Virus record (IMG/VR): IMGVR_UViG_3300020057_001232
Coordinates: 1-64,000 of that record
Source: a virus
Strand: one strand, 5' to 3'
Length of the DNA: 64,000 bases
The notes under the pieces were generated by a model. The model saw nothing but the letters and a program-made list of their open reading frames with translations. It did not search any database and was not told the DNA's origin. Shown here one piece after another: positions 1 to 9,761 of this stretch (its first letter is position 1; every line of letters begins with the position of its first letter). Made by a program: the position numbers and the translations under genes.

Positions 1-780
1 TCATTTTAAAAGTCTTCGTAGACTCTCATAAAGCTCTAGGGGAGGGCAAGCGGAAAGTCCGCTCATCTGACCGTCGTTCACTTCTATAAGTGTCCAAGAT
101 CCATCGGTTTTCTCTGCAATGTCGAGAACGAAGAAAGAGGCAGACTGAGAAACAATTTCGGCACATTGGTCGGCAAACGCTAAACCTTCGGGGGTCATCG
201 TGCCTATTTCTTCCGAAATGGTCCAATAGAAGCCGTAGGTCAAACGCTCTTTGCCGTAGTAGAAGAGTCGCCATTCGTTTGAAAACGGCAAATCGTTCAA
301 GCCGATTTCTAATTTTTTTAGATCTGCATATTCCCGTATCACTATTCCCTGAGTGCCAATGAGCGGATCTCGCATTAGTCTTGAGTAGACGGCGCTGCAA
401 GCGTCCCAATCTTTGGCAAACATCATCGTGTTCCAATCGAACTTACGAGAGTTTGTTCGCCCTTTTAAAATGTAAGGTCCGCCAGACTTCGGTACGTCTT
501 GAAGACGAAACCAAGACTTCGGCGTGAAGTCTACTACGTCGTAGTAATAGTCGAAGCTAGCGATGTAGTTGTGCTCACGGAGCGAGTTCACAAGTCTGCT
601 TCCTTGAGCAAGCAGATCCTTCTCTAGCTCTCGGTAGTAGGGAAGGGCAGAATATCTAGCGATAACAAGTCTTTCCTGCAAACCAACTCGACTGTCGGTC
701 ACGGGAAAGACTTGTTTAGCGATTTCCAATTCCTCTTTCGTGTCAACATCGGAACGAAAGAGGATGACTGGATTTTTCAC
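1..780 (-). CDS. ATP-grasp domain protein (R2K-like)
   Basis: NEWRLF, FFVLDIA and LIEVNDGQMSG match the ATP-grasp C-terminal motifs. Confidence 0.75.
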   Translation of the reverse strand: MKNPVILFRSDVDTKEELEIAKQVFPVTDSRVGLQERLVIARYSALPYYRELEKDLLAQGSRLVNSLREHNYIASFDYYYDVVDFTPKSWFRLQDVPKSGGPYILKGRTNSRKFDWNTMMFAKDWDACSAVYSRLMRDPLIGTQGIVIREYADLKKLEIGLNDLPFSNEWRLFYYGKERLTYGFYWTISEEIGTMTPEGLAFADQCAEIVSQSASFFVLDIAEKTDGSWTLIEVNDGQMSGLSACPPLELYESLRRLLK

Positions 781-2315
781 AGACGGGATTCCACGTAGTC
801 AAAGGTCTTCTGGCTTAGTCCGACGTGAGCCGCACCAACATCGACGACCACTTCTTTGAAGGCGTCACCGAGGCGTTCGGCTGAAGTCCTGACAACTTCC
901 TCTCTTGGTGTCATAAGACGGAGGTGGTTCTTCATGCTCCTAGCAGCGGTAGCAAGATCAGCCGCCGTAAGTTGAAGCGTGTCCGCAGCACCCATACGAT
1001 AGAGGGCTTCAAGCTTAGCACGCTCGACTACCTCACGAATGACGGCAGGGATCTGCCCGTCTAGTTCTACCGCTGCGGCGGAGACATCTTCATTTGGCGA
1101 CATTAGACCACGGGCGTAAAGCTTGAGAAGCTTCCCTGCGGCTTCTGTGTCGGGAGGGAGCACGCTGATAACCGCATCGAGACGACCTGGACGCAACATG
1201 GCTTTGTTGATCTTCTCAACATCGTTCGTAGTGAGGATCGTCATGATCTCGAAGCCCTTCGAGTCAACACCGTCGATGTTGTTAAGAACGTCGTCAACTT
1301 CCGCCGAGCGACCACCTGTGACCACACGGTCGATGTCTTCAGCGAAGATCACAGCCGGGCTATACTGACGTGCGAACAAGAGGGCGTCGGGAAGACCAAG
1401 CACACGGTCGAGATAGATGAACGTCCAACCGTTCTCAACGCATTTCTTTGCTGTGACGTTGGCAGTAAGGGTTTTCCCCGTACCGTATTTACCTTCGAGC
1501 AAGATACCTCGGCGAAGAGGGATACCGAACTTGCGGCACATCTCGGTCTTCTCAATAGGCGTAAAGATCGACGTTTGAACTTGGTGACGTACTTCCTCAG
1601 AAAAAATGAGGTCGTTCTCGTCGGTCTTCGAGAGATCGAGAAACTGCGGTGCGTACTCGAAGTCGAAGTTAAGTTCGCCGTCTTCCGTCGTGCGGATGCG
1701 GATAGCCTTTCCTTTATATACCGACTTCTCACGGACGTAGAGACGTACTTGATCGGCAATATACTTGATTTGCTCTTTATGCTTTTGCTTGACCTTACCG
1801 CTGATAGCGAAAACGATCTGACCGTTCTTACGGCTGTAGTTGGTCTGAAGGTCGCCTTCAACGCCGGGGATCTTGAATCCGCCCCAAACGACTTGTACAC
1901 TTTCGTTGTGGGAAACTTCAAGGTTGACCATGACCGGTGGACGTGGACCGAAGAAGCCTGGAGTAGGAGCTGCATGGTGCCAGCCGTAGATCTTACGGAG
2001 CGTCTCCATCAAAGCATAGCTGCCGTCGAGAGGGTGAGCGACGACCTCTTCGTGGATTGCGATGACTGTTTCTTCTTCTTCGATTTTGCGTTCGAGACAA
2101 GCAATCGCTTCTTCGTTCGTCATCGTCTCGGGGAGGGTGATTTGTGTACCTTCACGCCGAACACCAACGTCACGGAACTTGAACTCGCCATCCGCAGACG
2201 ACTTGTTGGCTTTCTCTTGGAGAAGCTTCAACATTTTCGCCATCGTTTCGACATTCACATCTGTTGCTGCGCTTGACTTCGCACGAATCTGCTGCGTCAT
2301 GTTCACTATCCTCAC
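777..2315 (-). CDS. AAA+ ATPase (FtsH/CDC48-like ATPase domain)
   Basis: Walker A GKYGTGKT, Walker B IFAEDID, second region of homology TTN...AMLRPGRLD. Confidence 0.85.
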   Translation of the reverse strand: MRIVNMTQQIRAKSSAATDVNVETMAKMLKLLQEKANKSSADGEFKFRDVGVRREGTQITLPETMTNEEAIACLERKIEEEETVIAIHEEVVAHPLDGSYALMETLRKIYGWHHAAPTPGFFGPRPPVMVNLEVSHNESVQVVWGGFKIPGVEGDLQTNYSRKNGQIVFAISGKVKQKHKEQIKYIADQVRLYVREKSVYKGKAIRIRTTEDGELNFDFEYAPQFLDLSKTDENDLIFSEEVRHQVQTSIFTPIEKTEMCRKFGIPLRRGILLEGKYGTGKTLTANVTAKKCVENGWTFIYLDRVLGLPDALLFARQYSPAVIFAEDIDRVVTGGRSAEVDDVLNNIDGVDSKGFEIMTILTTNDVEKINKAMLRPGRLDAVISVLPPDTEAAGKLLKLYARGLMSPNEDVSAAAVELDGQIPAVIREVVERAKLEALYRMGAADTLQLTAADLATAARSMKNHLRLMTPREEVVRTSAERLGDAFKEVVVDVGAAHVGLSQKTFDYVESRL

Positions 2316-2397
2316 TTGAAAAGTATAATTGAATGCTGGTGAACCACCGTAACAGCCAAAATAAAAGATGGCAACCTTGACTTCGTGGAAAAGCTAT

Positions 2398-2428
2398 TTG
2401 ACATCCTCCCCACGGCTAAAGCCGGGAG
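2398..2428 (-). mobile_element. Solo IS200/IS605-family right-end palindrome
   Basis: Reverse complement of CCCGGCTTTAGCCGTGGGGAGGATGTCAA, the same sequence as the element end at ~28383-28411. Confidence 0.7.
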
Positions 2429-2526
2429 GAGGAAAAAATATGCCATACCGTTAGGTTCGAGTCAGAGACCCGCCAGCATCTTTATCTACCGAGGTATTCC
2501 TACTAACCTTTTCGGAGATAAAGACG

Positions 2527-2811
2527 ATGCAAGAATCCTATTTCAAACTCAAAGACTTTCTCAAAAGTGAATCGCAGCGTTTCAAAGATGCCCGTAAAGA
2601 GGGTCACGCTAAAGACCACTACGAGCGCCAAAACTACCGCTACCACCACATCGCCTACTGCCTTATTCGTGGGCGTACCCTAGAGCAAATCGAAAACCAC
2701 AGGCTCAACCCACACCCCCAAAACTACAGCGAGTGCAACGAACGCTACCTTCAAAAAAGAGTTGCTGACATTCGCCTCGCCGTTGAGGAGGGTCGCTATG
2801 GAGCCGCTTGA
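2527..2811 (+). CDS. Conserved phage hypothetical protein
   Basis: GGAGA RBS; YRYHHIAYCLIRGRTLEQIE motif; overlaps the next gene. Confidence 0.6.
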   Translation: MQESYFKLKDFLKSESQRFKDARKEGHAKDHYERQNYRYHHIAYCLIRGRTLEQIENHRLNPHPQNYSECNERYLQKRVADIRLAVEEGRYGAA

Positions 2812-3097
2812 TAGGCTGTATGTCATCTCCAGACGTGATTTAGGGCGTGGAGCCCAAGCCGTCCAAAGTGCTCATGCGGTAGCTGAGTTCATGCTTCAGC
2901 ACCCAGGACGGTGGAAAAATCACACGCTTGTTCTACTGTCCGTAGATGATCTTGACGAGCTTGAAGTATTGCATAAAAAAGCAGCAGAAGAATTGCCAAC
3001 GGTGGTCTTCCTAGAACCTGACCTTGACTTTTCTTTCACCGCATTTGCTGCTGGTGGTGCGAGCACGTTGTTTCAACGCTTGTCACTCTTAAGATGA
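2798..3097 (+). CDS. Peptidyl-tRNA hydrolase Pth2-like protein
   Basis: LYVISRRDL..G.QAVQSAHA and FLEPDL...TA motifs; ATG at 2798 after GAGG. Confidence 0.7.
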   Translation: MEPLDRLYVISRRDLGRGAQAVQSAHAVAEFMLQHPGRWKNHTLVLLSVDDLDELEVLHKKAAEELPTVVFLEPDLDFSFTAFAAGGASTLFQRLSLLR

Positions 3098-3114
3098 GAC
3101 AGTAGACTGTGAGT

Positions 3115-3184
3115 GCTTCCGGTGCCCGAGGCTAGGCAGACGGTCTCTAAAACTGTCTTCGGGGTTCGAGTTCCCCCGGAGGCG
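3115..3184 (+). tRNA. tRNA with CUA (amber) anticodon, tRNA-Pyl-like geometry
   Basis: Acceptor GCTTCCG(G)/(C)CGGAGGC; D stem GCC/GGC; 6-bp anticodon stem GACGGT/ACTGTC around loop CTCTAAA; 3-nt variable loop; T loop TTCGAGT; no encoded CCA. Confidence 0.7.
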
Positions 3185-3188
3185 CTCC

Positions 3189-3647
3189 TCAGTAGAACAT
3201 ACCATATGCCAGCATCGGTATGTGTCGTTTCTTCTCATCATAACCTGAGAAGTGGAACGTCGGCGTCGTGTCGATCACTTCGTTTACGGTCAAAGTAAGT
3301 TCGAGATCGCCGAGCTTCAAGTACCATAAAAGAATTTCGAGGTACCCTTGAGTGCCGCCTTGCAGATAGCAGCGACCTTCCGTCTCTAGTTCGTTTTTTT
3401 CGTAATCAGAAAATTCCCACCCGAGCTTTGTAAGCGTATCCGCATGGTGTTCGGGGATCGTGGACTCTTCGTAGTCTTTACAGACTTCAGCGCCGAAGTC
3501 AAAACCGGTTTTAGTGACCGCCGTGAAGTACGCCTCCCTGACATCTGCGACGGGTTTATTAGACGTTACAAAAATATCTAGGTGCTGATTGTGACCATCC
3601 TTGGACCAATCTCCTAGTTGAAATTTGATAGTGTGCTCAGCGGACAT
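3189..3647 (-). CDS. Conserved phage hypothetical protein
   Basis: 152-aa ORF with GDWSKDGH N-terminal motif, coupled to its neighbours. Confidence 0.6.
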   Translation of the reverse strand: MSAEHTIKFQLGDWSKDGHNQHLDIFVTSNKPVADVREAYFTAVTKTGFDFGAEVCKDYEESTIPEHHADTLTKLGWEFSDYEKNELETEGRCYLQGGTQGYLEILLWYLKLGDLELTLTVNEVIDTTPTFHFSGYDEKKRHIPMLAYGMFY

Positions 3648-4149
3648 CGTAGTGGATTCCTTCTTGCGCTTGGAGGTCTAACTTTTTGAGCTGGGCGATG
3701 GTGCTTTCGGCACTAGTATGATGGATGCCGATGCCGCCACGCTTACGCCACTCCTCAATGGAGATCAACATGTCGTCGATTAGAATCGAGTCATAAGCGG
3801 CTAGGTTTTGTTTATAACGACGACGGCGATAGACGATGGGCTGGCTTTCACCAAACTTTGCATTAACCCACAGACGCTTTTCGTAGCGGGCTCTCAGCTC
3901 GTCGTGCGTGCTTGGTGCCGTCAAGAAGATCGGGTTGAGCTGTTGCAAAAACTGCCATAGTTGCTCCCCGTCCGGCATCAACTCAAGAGAAAGCCAAAAG
4001 TTTGGTATCCCTTTAAGGAGGTCCCACGCTTCGTGCTCAGGAACATTTGCAAAGGTCCGCTTTGTATGCTCGGTGAACTTCTTGTCGAAGTCGGCAATCA
4101 CACCATCCATGTCGCAGAAAATTGTATATGCCGCTAGACCTCGAAGCAT
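3637..4149 (-). CDS. HAD-family 5'(3')-deoxyribonucleotidase
   Basis: DMDGVIADF motif I, FLTAP motif II, ILIDD motif IV. Confidence 0.8.
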   Translation of the reverse strand: MLRGLAAYTIFCDMDGVIADFDKKFTEHTKRTFANVPEHEAWDLLKGIPNFWLSLELMPDGEQLWQFLQQLNPIFLTAPSTHDELRARYEKRLWVNAKFGESQPIVYRRRRYKQNLAAYDSILIDDMLISIEEWRKRGGIGIHHTSAESTIAQLKKLDLQAQEGIHYDVR

Positions 4150-4523
4150 CAATCATTACCCCCAGAACTACACGGACTAGAATCGTGCGAGCTGCAAGAG
4201 CTGTCCGGCGCACTCGACTCGAAAGAAGACGAGAAGCTAGGAGATGGATCGAAGTTACAGGGATCTGCCATCATCGGCGAAGCGACATCAAAAGACGGGT
4301 TGTCATCCTGCGATGCGTAAGGCTTAGTTGCCTTGCGGCGTGTCTGCGGTCGAGGCGTAGGCGCTGCTGTTTGGTGCAGACCTCGCCACTTTTGGCTGAA
4401 GTCGTCGTCCTCAGTTGTTGGTGCAGGGCTTGCGAGAAAAACCTCTAGAGTTTGACCTTTCCAAACTACACGTATGATGCCGTAAAGGATGAGTCCTCCT
4501 ACGATAGCCAAGAAAAGTTCCAC
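4149..4523 (-). CDS. Membrane-anchored hypothetical protein, Ser-rich tail
   Basis: N-terminal hydrophobic helix, low-complexity C-terminus. Confidence 0.5.
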   Translation of the reverse strand: MELFLAIVGGLILYGIIRVVWKGQTLEVFLASPAPTTEDDDFSQKWRGLHQTAAPTPRPQTRRKATKPYASQDDNPSFDVASPMMADPCNFDPSPSFSSSFESSAPDSSCSSHDSSPCSSGGND

Positions 4524-4567
4524 CGGGTTCCCTCCAAAAGTTAGGATTGTATGAAATTCACAATAGC

Positions 4568-4599
4568 AAAAAAGACCCCCCTTGCAAAGGGAGGTCTTT
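4568..4599. terminator. Intrinsic terminator
   Basis: AAAAAAGACCCCCC-TTGCAAA-GGGAGGTCTTT hairpin. Confidence 0.6.
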
Positions 4600-4656
4600 C
4601 ACTGAGAAAGGAACCAGCATTGTCAAGCTCAAGAAACAATAAAGGCAAAGCTTGAC

Positions 4657-4875
4657 TCAGACTGCTTTCTTGTAGGGTACTTCTTCGAGGCTTTCTTTCC
4701 GACTCTGCTGCTGCCCACAATGCGGGCAGCTCTTCTCTTCGGCGTTACAGTATCCCCAAGGGCGGTGTTTAGTTATGAAGAACATCCGAGGGTGCCAAAA
4801 ATGTCCGTTATCACAGTTATGTTGCACACGCTCAGTAGATCTTCGCAGCTTAGAGCCCGCACCTTGCATCGTTGA
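4657..4875 (-). CDS. Small Zn-ribbon-like hypothetical protein
   Basis: CDNGH and CPHCG motifs; start position uncertain. Confidence 0.4.
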   Translation of the reverse strand, partial: STMQGAGSKLRRSTERVQHNCDNGHFWHPRMFFITKHRPWGYCNAEEKSCPHCGQQQSRKESLEEVPYKKAV

Positions 4876-4899
4876 TGCAGGCATAGTACGGACCCCCAA

Positions 4900-5661
4900 T
4901 TATTCTGCGTCGTTGTTTAGAGCATCCATGACCACATCAGAGCCCTTGACTACTTCTGGCTCTTTTGGAGCAGGAGCCGAGCCAGATTGACGGTTGGGGA
5001 TATCAAGACCTTTCGACGGTTCTTGCTGACATGCGTACTGCGTAATCGTCGTTTTGAAGACGTTTAAGATGACCGGCAAGTCGGACTCAGCTACGTCAAC
5101 CGAGCTTTCGACTGCGGAGAAGTTATAGCACCAACGAACTTTCTCTTTGGTGGGACCGGTCAAGAGGACCGACACACGCTTGTTTGCACGGATGCGGTAA
5201 AGCTTCTCAGCGCCGTCGCCGGGGATCGACATTTGGAATTGACCCTTACCATTGACGAGCGTGTCGCCTGCATACCCACGGGAGTCCATCGAGACGATGT
5301 AGACTCGCATGTCGTTTTTCAGATCATCGAAGCCGACTTCAGCTTCGAACTTGACTTCGTAGTCTTCGTACCCTGCTTCGACAGCCTTATCCTTAAGGAT
5401 GGTAAGCTGCTGAGTGTAGAAGTCTTCCGAGTCAAGGTAGGTACGTCCGTCAACTTCCATATCGAAAGCTGATGCGACGTAGCCTCGAAGTTGGACCGGC
5501 TCGTGCTCACTAGGAGCGGTTTTTGCCCCTTGGTCCTTTTCTTCTTGCTCTGCTTTCTCTTTGGCGGCGAGATCGGAATCCGTGCCGCTCAGGTCGTTAC
5601 CACAAGCTGCGATGACATTCATGACCAAGATGACCAGTACCATTTTAATCGACGTTTTCAT
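4900..5661 (-). CDS. Putative lipoprotein
   Basis: Lipobox IAAC after a hydrophobic signal; GGAGG RBS. Confidence 0.65.
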   Translation of the reverse strand: MKTSIKMVLVILVMNVIAACGNDLSGTDSDLAAKEKAEQEEKDQGAKTAPSEHEPVQLRGYVASAFDMEVDGRTYLDSEDFYTQQLTILKDKAVEAGYEDYEVKFEAEVGFDDLKNDMRVYIVSMDSRGYAGDTLVNGKGQFQMSIPGDGAEKLYRIRANKRVSVLLTGPTKEKVRWCYNFSAVESSVDVAESDLPVILNVFKTTITQYACQQEPSKGLDIPNRQSGSAPAPKEPEVVKGSDVVMDALNNDAE

Positions 5662-5691
5662 TTGAGAACCTCCTCAGTGTTGTTAAATATA

Positions 5692-5718
5692 ACTTCGGCA
5701 GAGTTCGCAAAAACTTTA
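5692..5718 (-). promoter_or_regulatory. sigma28 (FliA)-type promoter
   Basis: TAAA-N15-GCCGAAGT, including the extended TAAAGTTT element. Confidence 0.6.
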
Positions 5719-5881
5719 GCATAAATCGTACAACCCCTTGATTTATATAGAAAGAGGCAAGCTCACTTCGAGCTTGCCCTTGCTGGTGCTAATTAAATGT
5801 GGTTAGAAAACAGCTAGTTAGGACGCAATCGTAACTAGCTGTTTTATCAAGGGAACGTTGAAAACCTACAGCTACCTAGCT

Positions 5882-7339
5882 TTAAGCCGACTGCAAGGGG
5901 TACTTGCTGCTGTAATGGGCGTGTGTTTCGAGCACTTCCTCAAACGTCCACTTCTTTGTGACTACCCCATTTAGAAAGACTGTTTTCAGCAGGTCTTGCT
6001 CTTCGGGAACGCTTCCGAAAGGCACGCAGCGGATTATGCCGTCAGCATCTTCGATGACTGAAAAGCGTCCTTCGAGTGATTTCTTGCCTGGATCAGTGAC
6101 GGGATCTTTCGAGACGCCCACCCACTCACCGTCGATTTCTGCGGCGGAACATTTGTACGCCATCTTGAGAAGGTCACGGTGGATCTTTTGGTGACGTTCG
6201 CCACCTTCACCGAAGGCGATGTTGTCGGCTGCCCAATAGCTGCGACACATCTCTTGAAGGATACACTCGAACATTTCCGAATTGATGCCGTCGCCCCAAA
6301 TCATGCGGACCTTCGGGTTGAGCATCTTGTATCCTTGCGGCGTCATCTCTGTACCGAAAGCCTCACCGAGAATCGTGAGGAGATCAATGACGACTTTCGG
6401 TGCGTACCCGGAGTCAGGACGAATCACCGTCACGCCGTTACGCTTTAAGATGGTCGCCTTCAACTCTTTACCAAAGATCTCTTTGCATGTGTGGTAGATG
6501 TCGTAGCTGTCCGACACCATAGCAATGAAGCCCTCTGGAAATTCTTCACACATGTTCTTGTAGGCTTTCGACTCTTTAGGTCTTGTCCACGAAGTCACCG
6601 TCATGTGGCACATAGCAGCGATGGAGTTTGACCACACCTTTTCGGTGTCGTAGTAAGCCATAAGCCAAGGGACCGAAAGGAGCGTATCGGAGCCCTTCGA
6701 GTTGAGTATGTATGCTGCTCCAACTCGTGCTGCCGATTGGTCACTCGAACTTCCCCGCTGACCAAAGTCATGGATTTTGTAATCCAAGCCGAGGGTGTGC
6801 CCGTTGGTGCGGAGCATGAAGCCGCCGACGAGACGGCGGTCGTGCCAACCTTTGGTTGCAGCCGTAGTGGTTGCCCAATTGTGAGAGAGTGATGTTTCAA
6901 CCGCTGTCGCTAGCCATTGAAATTCAGGGTCAGTTGCGTGTACTGTGAAGAGGGGAACATTCGCAGGGACGATGATGCCTTCCGGTAAGGCTTTGATTTC
7001 AAGCGGCAGAGCCCCTTTATGCTTCTCTAGAAGACTTCGAAACCCTTCTTCATCCACGATGTCGAGATCAAAGAAATGTTCTTTTAAAATTGGGAAACCC
7101 CAATCAAGCATCTCTTTGCTAATGACGTTGTTGCCACTGAAATTGACTAGATCTTCTTGCAAGCCAAAGAAAACCACTTTGTCGTACTTGCCGCCACGGG
7201 ACGAAAAGTAGTTGTAAATGTCGGTGATGCCTGGAGGCAGTTGCCTGTGAAAGCTATGCATGTAACTGTCCATTTGGAACAGGAACGGATATCTCGGACG
7301 ATACATTTCTAATGCAATCTGACTGCGGGTCTTACTCAT
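5882..7339 (-). CDS. nadV: Nicotinamide phosphoribosyltransferase
   Basis: DSY...H, HDFGQRG, VSDSYD, VIRPDSG, WGDG and KDPVTDPGKKS motifs. Confidence 0.9.
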   Translation of the reverse strand: MSKTRSQIALEMYRPRYPFLFQMDSYMHSFHRQLPPGITDIYNYFSSRGGKYDKVVFFGLQEDLVNFSGNNVISKEMLDWGFPILKEHFFDLDIVDEEGFRSLLEKHKGALPLEIKALPEGIIVPANVPLFTVHATDPEFQWLATAVETSLSHNWATTTAATKGWHDRRLVGGFMLRTNGHTLGLDYKIHDFGQRGSSSDQSAARVGAAYILNSKGSDTLLSVPWLMAYYDTEKVWSNSIAAMCHMTVTSWTRPKESKAYKNMCEEFPEGFIAMVSDSYDIYHTCKEIFGKELKATILKRNGVTVIRPDSGYAPKVVIDLLTILGEAFGTEMTPQGYKMLNPKVRMIWGDGINSEMFECILQEMCRSYWAADNIAFGEGGERHQKIHRDLLKMAYKCSAAEIDGEWVGVSKDPVTDPGKKSLEGRFSVIEDADGIIRCVPFGSVPEEQDLLKTVFLNGVVTKKWTFEEVLETHAHYSSKYPLQSA

Positions 7340-7761
7340 ATTACCTCCTTGATGTTGTTTACACGCTGCGCTTCTCTGCCTTCTTTTCTCAGGTACAGCG
7401 TGGAGCTTTTAAAATGCTTGCCGTATGTTTCTGAATCGTCGATGTGCAAATCTAAACCTACTTCTTGGCAGTATTCTGCTTTCGCGGAATCCCACAACTC
7501 GGGGCGCAGCCAACCGTGCCCACGCTCGTCCCAAGAGACCGTGATGCCTTGAGAAGCTCTGTAGTCGATGATCGAGCAGAAGTGCGTGTAATGAACACCT
7601 TCTACGAAGCCTGCTTTAGCAAGATCCCATAAGGCATAGCTCTTGGTGGGACCAGTGATAATGTGAACTTCATGATTTGCCTCTACGAGAGCTTTTGCAA
7701 CTGCGGCAAAAACCTGCGGGTGCTTGTCGATGACGCCGTGAACGTCCAAGCCAAATCGCAT
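7336..7761 (-). CDS. HAD-like hypothetical protein
   Basis: FGLDVHGV, IITG and LHIDD motifs. Confidence 0.55.
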   Translation of the reverse strand: MRFGLDVHGVIDKHPQVFAAVAKALVEANHEVHIITGPTKSYALWDLAKAGFVEGVHYTHFCSIIDYRASQGITVSWDERGHGWLRPELWDSAKAEYCQEVGLDLHIDDSETYGKHFKSSTLYLRKEGREAQRVNNIKEVI

Positions 7762-7762
7762 A

Positions 7763-9010
7763 TCAACCTCGACGCCACTTCTTGCCGTTTTTCCAGACGA
7801 AGTGATTGATGATGTGGAGATGGTCCTCGAAGATCTGCTCTTCAAGATAGCCTAAGTCTCCGATAGGAATCCATTTGGCTTCTGCTGCATCGTCAGCACC
7901 TTTGATGTAGGGGAAAGCCCCTAAGTCAGGTAGCTCGAAGTGAAAGGCTCTAGTGATAACGCGACCACGAGTTGAACGACGGGGATGACCAAATTCTTCG
8001 TCATCAGCCGCACACGCGATCAGTTCTCTTCTGGAGAGAGCAACTTTCTTTACTTTAGTCATCTGCTCTTTATGAAAGAAGTCGATGCTAGTCTCTTCCA
8101 TCAGCTCTCTGAGGGCGGCGTCGAACTTGTCTTCAAATTCACCGATGTAGCCACCTGGAAGAGCCCACTGACCTTTGCCTGGGTCTTCGCCTCGCCTTAC
8201 CATCAAAACGTGAGCGTTTTTTGTGACGACGGAGTCCACAGTGTTTTCGATGATAGGGTAAGGGTAACCCCCTTTTATAAAGCGCTTCTGAAGCACATGG
8301 AGGTGCTCACTTACAAGACTACGGCAACGCTCTGGGTGCTCTGTTTTGAAAGCTTCGAGATAAGCAGCGACCTGAAGTGGTACGTTCTTACGCCACTCGT
8401 AGCTTGCTGCACGCTCGCGCGCCTCTTTTAAGGTCTCGGACAGCAGAAACGTTTTGTTCTTAGGGTTACTAAGATCGAGAATATCGAAGTATTCGTTGTC
8501 GAGCATCTCCATAAAGTAGGAGTTGCGGATGTCAGTCGCCGACACACCTCTGGAGAAGCTTGCGGTGTCGATGAACTCCCACTGCGGGAACCAGTCTAGG
8601 TAGACAGAGGTATCATCTTTCTTATAGCCGATGATCCCAATTTTGAGGTCTTTAGGCGAACCACTGTCGTGGTCAGACCAACCAACGCTTTCGGGATAGA
8701 CCTTTTCCAAGATCGCTCTGACCTTGGTGTGGACTTCCGCTAGCCAGAAGGGGTTCTTGTAAGGATAGTCTCTGACTGCCGTAAACGTCATCCGACTGAG
8801 GTCTTCCTCGTCGAAGCATGGACGTGTCATCTCAACGCGCTCAGCGGTCGTCCACGGGTTGTACGTGTTGACGGCTTTCTTGTCTGAACCGTTGACGGCA
8901 ATAACATGCCGACCTAAGGCTAGGGCGCGGTCGATAATTTTCTTGTGGGCGTTGTGCAGCGGTTCGCCGCGATAAAGGAAGACAATAGCATCGAAGGCGT
9001 AGTCACGCAT
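7763..9010 (-). CDS. Bifunctional NMN adenylyltransferase / Nudix hydrolase (NadM-Nudix, NatV-like)
   Basis: R.EPLHNAH and SATDIR nucleotidyltransferase motifs; Nudix box GG...E....AALRELMEET; GADDA. Confidence 0.88.
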   Translation of the reverse strand: MRDYAFDAIVFLYRGEPLHNAHKKIIDRALALGRHVIAVNGSDKKAVNTYNPWTTAERVEMTRPCFDEEDLSRMTFTAVRDYPYKNPFWLAEVHTKVRAILEKVYPESVGWSDHDSGSPKDLKIGIIGYKKDDTSVYLDWFPQWEFIDTASFSRGVSATDIRNSYFMEMLDNEYFDILDLSNPKNKTFLLSETLKEARERAASYEWRKNVPLQVAAYLEAFKTEHPERCRSLVSEHLHVLQKRFIKGGYPYPIIENTVDSVVTKNAHVLMVRRGEDPGKGQWALPGGYIGEFEDKFDAALRELMEETSIDFFHKEQMTKVKKVALSRRELIACAADDEEFGHPRRSTRGRVITRAFHFELPDLGAFPYIKGADDAAEAKWIPIGDLGYLEEQIFEDHLHIINHFVWKNGKKWRRG

Positions 9011-9133
9011 CTTGTACCCTCTCTGGGTTTCTTTAGACTCTAGCGCACTTCTCTCAATGAGAAGGTTCACCCGCCAAACTCTTATGTATCTATCCTAAAC
9101 ACACCAGTATACAGAAAGCAAGAAAAATCTTTC

Positions 9134-9748
9134 TCAATTCACCAACACCTTGAGGGTCTTGGGTTCCCCGCCGCGAAGCATCGTCACCGTGAACTTGTCT
9201 TGGTGTTTTATTTGCTTCAAAAGCGTAATCGCTTGAGCTGGTGACGTAAGAGGTTTGCCGTCGAGCGCCGTAATTACGTCGCCGTCTTCTAGACCGGCTA
9301 AGTCGTAAACTGAGCCTGGGTCGAAGTTCCAGATTCGAAAGCCTGTCACCTGACCTTCTTTGTCGAAGACGGCGTCAGCCGTGGCTCCCATAACGACGAT
9401 CGTCAGCTCTTCTTCGGCGATGTACTTATGAACCTCACGGCTCATATGGATCTCGTCGCCTTTGATTTCCAAACCTTTGATAAGCTTTTCATTGGCTAAG
9501 TATTCGCCTGTGCGAAGTACCCGCTCGGCAGAGGGCGACGTAATAATTATCTCTTTAGCCGCTATCTTTTTTATGATCCAGCCATCTACAGGTTCGCCCA
9601 CACGCAGCGAAAGTACCTTGTCGCCAGATCGCACCGTGGCAATAGACGGATTACCCGTTATCGTTCCCACGAGAAAGATTTCCGCATGTGCTGCGGTTGA
9701 CAACGCAAAGAGGCACAGAAGTAGTCTACGCACAGCTCTACCCCACAT
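9134..9748 (-). CDS. GspC-like PDZ-domain protein
   Basis: Signal peptide, HR-like segment (LVGTI..., RVGEPVDGW), PDZ GFRI...GLEDGDVITALDG. Confidence 0.65.
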   Translation of the reverse strand: MWGRAVRRLLLCLFALSTAAHAEIFLVGTITGNPSIATVRSGDKVLSLRVGEPVDGWIIKKIAAKEIIITSPSAERVLRTGEYLANEKLIKGLEIKGDEIHMSREVHKYIAEEELTIVVMGATADAVFDKEGQVTGFRIWNFDPGSVYDLAGLEDGDVITALDGKPLTSPAQAITLLKQIKHQDKFTVTMLRGGEPKTLKVLVN

Positions 9749-9761
9749 GTTGAAACAGGTC

